Assembly (NCBI GenBank): GCA_016931955.1
Contig: JAFGDV010000005.1
Location: 1 to 23,996 of the forward strand
Reading direction: 5' to 3'
Source: Candidatus Altiarchaeota archaeon
Lineage (GTDB): Archaea; Altiarchaeota; Altiarchaeia; IMC4; QMZM01
DNA length: 23,996 bases
Shown here: in pieces, positions 18,382-23,996 of the stretch
Layout of the letters: the number at the start of each line of letters is the position of its first letter
Numbering within the stretch: the stretch's first letter is position 1
Program-made: the position numbers and the translations under genes
Notes under the pieces: model-generated
The model's database searches: none
The model's input: the letters and a program-made list of their open reading frames with translations, nothing else
Told to the model about the DNA's origin: nothing

Positions 18382-18863
18382 CCTATCTTTCTCAGAAAGC
18401 TTTTCCTGGCTTCCTTGTCTTTTTCGGATTCAATACCCTTCGGCTTCACTCCGTCTATCACGCCCAGGATGCCCCTACTATCACCCTTTTCGATGATCAC
18501 CACCTCCAATGGATTGGCGGTGGCTGCATAGATACGACAGACCTCGGGGACGGCTTTGATAGCATTCAATACATTGACTGGATAACAGTCTCTGAGGAAT
18601 ACTATGAAGGAGTGGCCTGCCCCTATCTTCTGCGCATTCTCCTCCGCCAGTTTCACAAGCTTGGGATCACTTCCATCTGAGCGTATAAGGCAGTCCCCTG
18701 ATGCCTCACAGAAAGCTAAACCGAACTTTATTCCTGGAACGGCTGTGACCAATGCCTCATAGATATCCTCCACCGATTTAATGAAGTGTGTCTGCCCTAG
18801 GATGACATTCAACTCAGCTGGTTTCTCCACTTCTACGGTGTCTATCTTGATGATCTTGACCAT
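18369..18863 (-). CDS. Adenosine-specific kinase family protein (DUF355)
   Basis: NVILGQTHFIKSVEDIYEAL, PGIKFGLAFCEASG, GAGHSF, YPVNVLNAIKAVPEV, ATANP, RGILGVIDG and IGYK. Confidence 0.9.
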   Translation of the reverse strand: MVKIIKIDTVEVEKPAELNVILGQTHFIKSVEDIYEALVTAVPGIKFGLAFCEASGDCLIRSDGSDPKLVKLAEENAQKIGAGHSFIVFLRDCYPVNVLNAIKAVPEVCRIYAATANPLEVVIIEKGDSRGILGVIDGVKPKGIESEKDKEARKSFLRKIGYKR

Positions 18864-18902
18864 GTAATAGATTGCAACGGGTTTCTTAAAAGACGATGAA
18901 AG

Positions 18903-18909
18903 TATTTAT
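18903..18909 (+). promoter_or_regulatory. Putative BRE/TATA for argH
   Basis: GAAAG followed by TATTTAT, 29 nt before ATG 18939. Confidence 0.55.
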
Positions 18910-18938
18910 TCCATGAAGTCGAATTCCTAAATAGGAAG

Positions 18939-20402
18939 ATGCTGAGGAAAAGATTCTCACGGGAAGTATCCGAGCTTATGAAGGATTTCAGCTCATCTAT
19001 TGAAGCAGACAAGGAGATGCTCTTAGATGATATCTGGGGCAGTCAGGCTCATGTGATAATGCTCTCAAAGCAGGGGATCATAGAGTGTAAAGACGCTAAA
19101 AACATATTGAAGGCTCTGGAGACGTTGAGGGAATACTGCATTCAGGGAAGATTCGAACTCGACCCCGCACTGGAAGACGTGCACATGAACCTGGAACGCT
19201 TTGTGGTAAAGGAAGTTGGGGAAAACGTCGGCGGAAGAATGCATACTGCCCGCTCCAGAAACGATCAAGTCGTCACAGATACTAGGATGAAGTTGAGGGT
19301 GCATATTTTGGGGATAGAGGAGTCCCTTTTTGACCTGGAGAAGACCCTTATCAGGATAGCTGAGAAGTCCACTGAAAAGATTATGCCAGGCTATACTCAC
19401 ACACAGCAGGCTCAGCCGATAACCCTCGCATATTGGGCAACTGCCTATGTTAGCATGCTGTCAAGAGACGCTAAAAGGCTGAAGAATTCTTACATTAGCG
19501 TGAACAAGAGCCCACTTGGCGCATGTGCCCTAGCAGGCACCTCTTTTCAGACGGACAGAAGGTTTACTGCAAAGCTCCTGGGCTTCGACGACACAGTAGA
19601 ACATGCGCTGGACGCGGTAAGCTCGCGAGACTTCATAGTCGAGACCCTTGCAGCGCTGTCCATTCTTATGTCAAATCTGTCAAGGCTCTCAGGGGAGCTT
19701 ATACTGTACAGCACAATAGAATATGGGATAGTTGAGCCCGGGGAGGGATACACTACTGGAAGCTCTATCATGCCCCAGAAGAAGAATCCTGACGCAGCTG
19801 AACTTGTTAGGGGTTTGACGGGACATGTTTATGGCGCATTAATCCAATCGCTGACCATCCTAAAGAGTCTACCCCTGGGATACAACCGCGACCTACAGGA
19901 GGATCGGGTTCTCTTGTGGAACTGCCTTAAGCGGGTGAACACCGCGCTTCAGGTATTGGCGGGAATGCTATCATCTTCCAAATTCAAGGAAGATAGGATG
20001 CTGGAGCTTGCTGGCAGGGGTTTCTCTACCGCGACCGAGTTAGCCAACTATCTAACCGAGGAAGGGATGCCCTTCAGAAAGGCTCATGAGTTAACCTCAA
20101 GAGTGGTCGGTGAACTCCACCGTAAGGGACGAGACTTCAGGGACTTTGAGCATACAATGGGGGTGTTGGAGAAACACCGGATCAAGGTGGATGGAAGAGT
20201 ACTTAAGGATATTCTCGACCCGGGAAGGGCTGTTGAGAGAAGCAGAAGCTTGGGCTGCACCTCGCCCAATGAGGTTAAGAGGTTGATTAAAGCCTTCAGG
20301 AGGGGGATGACTGAATCGGAGAGTGACCTGCGGAAGAGGAAAAACAAGCTGAAGAAGGCGAGAGAGCACACGGATAAGTTAATACGGGAGTTACTAGGAT
20401 AA
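18939..20402 (+). CDS. argH: Argininosuccinate lyase
   Basis: EDVH, HTARSRNDQV, MPGYTH.Q.AQP, PLGACALAG, GSSIMPQKKNPD, GYNRDLQE and MPFRKAH. Confidence 0.97.
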   Translation: MLRKRFSREVSELMKDFSSSIEADKEMLLDDIWGSQAHVIMLSKQGIIECKDAKNILKALETLREYCIQGRFELDPALEDVHMNLERFVVKEVGENVGGRMHTARSRNDQVVTDTRMKLRVHILGIEESLFDLEKTLIRIAEKSTEKIMPGYTHTQQAQPITLAYWATAYVSMLSRDAKRLKNSYISVNKSPLGACALAGTSFQTDRRFTAKLLGFDDTVEHALDAVSSRDFIVETLAALSILMSNLSRLSGELILYSTIEYGIVEPGEGYTTGSSIMPQKKNPDAAELVRGLTGHVYGALIQSLTILKSLPLGYNRDLQEDRVLLWNCLKRVNTALQVLAGMLSSSKFKEDRMLELAGRGFSTATELANYLTEEGMPFRKAHELTSRVVGELHRKGRDFRDFEHTMGVLEKHRIKVDGRVLKDILDPGRAVERSRSLGCTSPNEVKRLIKAFRRGMTESESDLRKRKNKLKKAREHTDKLIRELLG

Positions 20403-20864
20403 GAGCACTGGGGAGGATACCTCCCTCTCACAGTACTTGCAGCTTAGGATGAGTGGGTCCTTCTGTTTCACGATGAAGACGGATTCGATGGGCTCACGTT
20501 CCTTGTTTGTGATACACTGCGGGTTAGGGCATTTTATTATGCCCACTATCAGCTCGGGCAGAGAAACCCGTTCCTTGCTTATGACCCTATAGTCTTTTAT
20601 CTTGTTTATGGTAGCCTCCGGCGCGATAATCGCTATCTTGTTCACCTCGCTGCTGTCGATGTCCCTGTTCTCGACCTTAACTATGTCTTTCCTCCCCAAG
20701 TCCTTGCTGGGGACGTTCATCGCCAGTGTTACAGCATCCCGGAAGTTGCCATAAATCCCCAGAATCCGCAAAACGTCAAGGGCCCTCCCCTGCTTGATAT
20801 GGTCTATAACGATCCCATTCTTTATGGTCTTAATCTTAAGTCTCTGGTCTTTTTTATCGGCCAT
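20394..20864 (-). CDS. pyrI: Aspartate carbamoyltransferase regulatory chain
   Basis: IKNGIVIDHI, NVPS, KDIVKVE, APEATIN and zinc ligands CPNPQC...CKYC. SD-like GGGTGAG overlaps the pyrB stop. Alternative start GTG 20867. Confidence 0.96.
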   Translation of the reverse strand: MADKKDQRLKIKTIKNGIVIDHIKQGRALDVLRILGIYGNFRDAVTLAMNVPSKDLGRKDIVKVENRDIDSSEVNKIAIIAPEATINKIKDYRVISKERVSLPELIVGIIKCPNPQCITNKEREPIESVFIVKQKDPLILSCKYCEREVSSPVLLS

Positions 20865-20870
20865 CACCGC

Positions 20871-21797
20871 TCACCCGAATCCAATACCACAGACCAGACA
20901 AAGCAACGCCATCCTCACGGGTATGCCATTCCTGGCCTGCTCAAAATAGCGAGCATGCCTGGTCGAATCCACATCAGTGCAGATCTCCGAAACCCTTGGC
21001 AGAGGGTGCATGATTATCGCATTATCTTGGATTCCTTCAAGGCTTTTCCTGTTCAGTATGTAGGCGTCCTTAACTCGCTCATACTCCTGCTGATCGGGGA
21101 ACCTCTCCTTCTGGATTCTTGTGATGTAGACAACATCCGAGTCTCTTACGTTAAGCTTCGTCGTCTCCTTCACCTGCATGCCTTTCTCCGTCAGTGTTTT
21201 CACTATCTGCCTTGGAGCCCTTAGTTCCTGAGGGGATACAAACCTTATATTTACGTTGTAGTTTTCGAGGGCGCTCGTCAGGGAGTGCACAGTCCGCCCG
21301 TATTTGAGGTCGCCTACTATGCATATACTGAGTCCGTCTATGTCCTTGAACTCCTTCTTTATCGTGTACAGGTCGAGGAGGGTCTGGGTTGGGTGCTGGT
21401 TCGCTCCATCTCCCCCGTTTATGATCGGGGAATCACTGTATTCCGATGCCAGTCTAGCGGAACCCTCAACTGGGTGCCGGATCACTATAACGTCGGCGTA
21501 GCCTGAAACTATCCTTACAGTGTCGGCTATCGTCTCCCCCTTGACCTCAGATGTTATACCAGGGTGATCAAAGCCGATGGTAACCCCTCCAAGACGCTTC
21601 ATAGCCGCCTCAAAGGACATCCTGGTACGGGTAGAGGGCTCAAAGAAGAGGTTTGCCAGGATCTTACCGTTCATCAGAGAAGAGGTTCTACTGTCAAAGA
21701 GTTTCCCCTCCATGATGGCAGACTTCCTGAGGACGAAATCGATTTCCTCCCGAGAGAAGTCATTGATCGAAATAATGTGTTTTTTAGTCCACTTCAT
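20871..21797 (-). CDS. pyrB: Aspartate carbamoyltransferase catalytic chain
   Basis: FFEPSTRT, KGET, IRHP, HPTQ, GDLKYGRT, TRIQKERF and MHPLPR. Start set at ATG 21797 (MKWTKKHIISI). Confidence 0.97.
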   Translation of the reverse strand: MKWTKKHIISINDFSREEIDFVLRKSAIMEGKLFDSRTSSLMNGKILANLFFEPSTRTRMSFEAAMKRLGGVTIGFDHPGITSEVKGETIADTVRIVSGYADVIVIRHPVEGSARLASEYSDSPIINGGDGANQHPTQTLLDLYTIKKEFKDIDGLSICIVGDLKYGRTVHSLTSALENYNVNIRFVSPQELRAPRQIVKTLTEKGMQVKETTKLNVRDSDVVYITRIQKERFPDQQEYERVKDAYILNRKSLEGIQDNAIIMHPLPRVSEICTDVDSTRHARYFEQARNGIPVRMALLCLVCGIGFG

Positions 21798-21805
21798 ACT
21801 CGTCG

Positions 21806-21813
21806 TTATAAAT
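21806..21813 (+). promoter_or_regulatory. TATA box for the gene starting at 21839 (and possibly argG)
   Basis: TTATAAAT 25 nt before ATG 21839. Confidence 0.6.
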
Positions 21814-21826
21814 GTGGAGTTCACCA

Positions 21827-21833
21827 ATAAATA
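21827..21833 (-). promoter_or_regulatory. TATA box for pyrBI
   Basis: TATTTAT on the minus strand, 29 nt before ATG 21797. Confidence 0.55.
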
Positions 21834-21838
21834 CACGT

Positions 21839-22416
21839 ATGGTCGAAGACGAAGTATACTCCGTAGACACTTCCATTAAACGAAACCTGTGGTTAGTATA
21901 CATATCCACAATAGTTCTAATTGCCATATTTTTTGGGGTTTAAACCAGGGATTTGGGTGGGACCTTAAAGGCCCTCTCCTCCTTATGTGCATATATGCCT
22001 TGTGGAGCACTAAAAGAGCATATACACAAGCGCGTGAAACAGTAAGTAATCCTGTAATCCTAAAGGAGGATGCTTTGATATTAGACAACAAAGAGGTGCA
22101 TTTCAGAGACATAAACTCCGTAGGAAGAGCACTTATCTACGGATGGCTTAAAGCCGAATGCGGACGTGCTGCAATACGTCTGAGACATAATCAAGAAGAT
22201 CAATATATCATTTTATCTGCTGATAAAAACGAGAAGCTTACAGGTTATCGAGCTTATCAATCCTTTTGGGATACTAATAGACGGTTCATGAACAGTCTCG
22301 CGGAACATATAGAGAACGCAGGAATCCGAATAGAGAAGAAAATGAGCTGGGATAAACAAGAAATCAAGATCACTAACTTAGATAAGAAAAGCAGCATTAA
22401 AGTAGGTCTTACCTAA
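21839..22416 (+). pseudogene. Frameshifted hypothetical membrane protein (two N-terminal hydrophobic segments plus soluble domain); pseudogene or sequencing error
   Basis: 21839-21943 encodes MVEDEVYSVDTSIKRNLWLVYISTIVLIAIFFGV*. One extra base in the T6/G4 tract (21929-21938) joins it to the long ORF ending at 22416. Confidence 0.65.
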
Positions 22417-22427
22417 TAATTACTAAG

Positions 22428-23615
22428 ATGAAAACGGTACTCGCCTATTCTGGGGGCCTTGACACTTCGGTCTGCGTCAAGTGGCTGCAGGAAAACTACA
22501 AGACAGATGTTATCACATTAACGCTTGAACTGGGTCAGAACAGGAAGGACATGAAGGAGATAGAGGAGAGGGCGAAGGAACTCGGGGCAATAAAGACGTA
22601 CAGCATAGACGTCAGCCGCGAATTTATAGGAGAGTATGTTCATCCCGCGATAAAGGCCAACGCCCTTTATGAGGGAAAGTATCCGGTTGCGACCGCATTA
22701 TCCCGTCCACTGATAGGGAAGTGGCTGGTCAAGATAGCGGAAAAAGAGAAAGCCGATGCTGTATCGCACGGCTCAACTGGGAAGGGAAACGATCAGGCGA
22801 GGTTCGAGCTCACAGTAAGAGCCTTAAACCCCGAGCTGGAGATAATCGCCCCGGTCAGGGAGTGGAACATGACTCGAGACAAGGAAGTGGAGTACGCGAA
22901 AAAACACAGGATCCCGATTCCTCCGAAATCAAAATACAGCACAGACGAAAACCTCTGGGGGAGGAGCATCGAGGCAGGTCCGCTTGAGGACCCCATGAAG
23001 AAGCCGGAAGAAGATGCATTCGATTGGACCACACAACCTGAAAAAGCACCTGAGAAGGCGGAAAGGATCGAGATAGGGTTCAATTGGGGGGTCCCAGTAG
23101 GATTGAACAACAAGAAACTGGAGTCTGTAGAATTAATCAAGGAATTGAACAAGCTTGGAGGAAAACACGGCGTGGGGAGGATAGACATGATAGAGGACCG
23201 TCTTGTAGGGATAAAATCAAGGGAAGTCTATGAGTGCCCTGCAGCAACCATCCTATTGGAAGCACACCGCGAATTGGAGAGGCTTACACTCACCAGAGAG
23301 CAGAACCTGTTCAAGGAACATATTGACAGAAAATGGGCTCAACTCACCTACTTCGGGCAATGGTATGAGCCCCTGAGGGAGGACTTGGATGCGTTCATCA
23401 ATAAGACGCAGGAAGTTGTCTCAGGCATAGTGGTGATGGAGCTCTACAAGGGCAATGCCAGAGTCGTGGGCAGAAGCTCACCTAACTCCCTCTATGACCT
23501 GGGTCTTGCAACCTATGACAGAGGCGACAGATTCGACCACAAGCTCGCTGAAGGATTCCTTAGGCTGTGGGGGCTGCCCTCAGAGATCGCTGGGAGACGG
23601 AAGAGAAAACTCTAA
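22428..23615 (+). CDS. argG: Argininosuccinate synthase
   Basis: VLAYSGGLDTS, ALSRPLI, HGSTGKGNDQ.RF, YSTDENLWGRSIE and EDRLVGIKSREVYE. Confidence 0.98.
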   Translation: MKTVLAYSGGLDTSVCVKWLQENYKTDVITLTLELGQNRKDMKEIEERAKELGAIKTYSIDVSREFIGEYVHPAIKANALYEGKYPVATALSRPLIGKWLVKIAEKEKADAVSHGSTGKGNDQARFELTVRALNPELEIIAPVREWNMTRDKEVEYAKKHRIPIPPKSKYSTDENLWGRSIEAGPLEDPMKKPEEDAFDWTTQPEKAPEKAERIEIGFNWGVPVGLNNKKLESVELIKELNKLGGKHGVGRIDMIEDRLVGIKSREVYECPAATILLEAHRELERLTLTREQNLFKEHIDRKWAQLTYFGQWYEPLREDLDAFINKTQEVVSGIVVMELYKGNARVVGRSSPNSLYDLGLATYDRGDRFDHKLAEGFLRLWGLPSEIAGRRKRKL

Positions 23616-23857
23616 TTTCTTCTTTTCTCCCACACTACGTTTCCTTTCCTCAGTATTTTTCTTATCCTGTGCATTGGTATCTGGTTTTCTGCTGACTGGA
23701 AGAAGTCTCCTTGCAGTTGTATTTCTGTGAACCTGACTTCTCTTAGTTTTCCCCTGTCCAGGTACATGATGCTGTATTCCTCTGGCTTCAGTTTCCTGTC
23801 CCATCGGATGCGGTTCAACGCATCCTTTTCCATCACTTCCTTGTCGGATAATTCCAT
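23612..23857 (-). CDS. MJ1316/DUF504 domain protein (predicted RNA cyclic-end recognition)
   Basis: LNRIRWD, YLDR, IPMHRIRKI and VVWEKR. Alternative start ATG 23833. Confidence 0.88.
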   Translation of the reverse strand: MELSDKEVMEKDALNRIRWDRKLKPEEYSIMYLDRGKLREVRFTEIQLQGDFFQSAENQIPMHRIRKILRKGNVVWEKRRN

Positions 23858-23893
23858 TCCCTACAACCCCAGATATTATTTTTCTGCACAGAG

Positions 23894-23900
23894 AAAAAAA
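23894..23900 (-). terminator. Possible archaeal oligo-T terminator
   Basis: T7 run on the minus strand, about 40 nt downstream of the TAA at 23940-23942. Confidence 0.3.
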
Positions 23901-23933
23901 CCCTTTATTTCCAATCAGATAGGATAAGTAGAC

Positions 23934-23973
23934 AATAAATTATTCGACGACTTCAGTCGGCGGATTGTTTATT
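23934..23973. repeat. Imperfect inverted repeat (hairpin)
   Basis: AATAAATTATTCGACGACT-TC-AGTCGGCGGATTGTTTATT: over 19 positions there are 15 Watson-Crick pairs, 2 G:T and 2 mismatches. Confidence 0.6.
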
Positions 23974-23996
23974 ACAAAGTCGGCAGAATACAGCAA
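23940..23996 (-). CDS. Possible 3' end of a gene entering from the right edge
   Basis: Open frame ...LLYSADFVINNPPTEVVE* followed by an oligo-T tract; too short to confirm. Confidence 0.3.
   Translation of the reverse strand: MLYSADFVINNPPTEVVE

Noticed and set aside
21798-21836. N-terminal extension of pyrB (similarly dapB 6465-6500 and the hypothetical 16961-17062)
   Set aside because: These extensions run through promoter or intergenic DNA, or into neighbouring genes; the downstream ATGs fit TATA spacing or family N-termini.
21936-21945. Canonical slippery heptamers GGGTTTA and TTTAAAC at the frameshift site, suggesting programmed -1 frameshifting
   Set aside because: Both are phased (X XXY YYZ) in the downstream frame, not in the frame of the 21839 ORF, so they cannot produce the needed shift. 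T6 is also short for transcriptional slippage.
1318-23927. Numerous 60-165 aa antisense or alternate-frame ORFs in the track (e.g. 2459-2950, 6046-6474, 8750-9136, 20799-21224, 22793-23188)
   Set aside because: They are shadows of well-supported genes and show no recognisable motifs or start signals.

Overview
Archaeal chromosomal segment with about 24 densely packed genes; no rRNA, tRNA, CRISPR array, transposase or integrase was seen. Archaeal markers are aglB, RNase P Rpp30, XPD, Lhr, pyrI, an MJ1316-domain protein and TATA-type promoters with mostly leaderless starts. The mix of FG-GAP surface protein, amino-acid/pyrimidine biosynthesis and phosphoribulokinase would fit Ca. Altiarchaeota or a similar lineage, but that is inference only. 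Gene order: FG-GAP surface protein (5'-truncated), aglB, uppS, rnp3, dapB, tandem-V4R protein, xpd, M16 peptidase, lhr, argB, membrane protein, CAP protein, prk, small 4-Cys protein, hypothetical, membrane protein, glycosyltransferase, adenosine-specific kinase family protein, argH, pyrI, pyrB, frameshifted membrane protein, argG, MJ1316/DUF504 protein. Main leads: (1) an archaeal-type phosphoribulokinase head-to-head with a 56-aa CxxC-x14-C-x10-C protein missing from the ORF track; (2) a glycosyltransferase with polypeptide-GalNAc-transferase-like motifs; (3) an AglB with apparently altered catalytic motifs next to uppS and a sequon-rich candidate substrate; (4) a hidden one-base frameshift upstream of argG; (5) an M16 peptidase coupled to XPD; (6) a long hairpin at the right edge.
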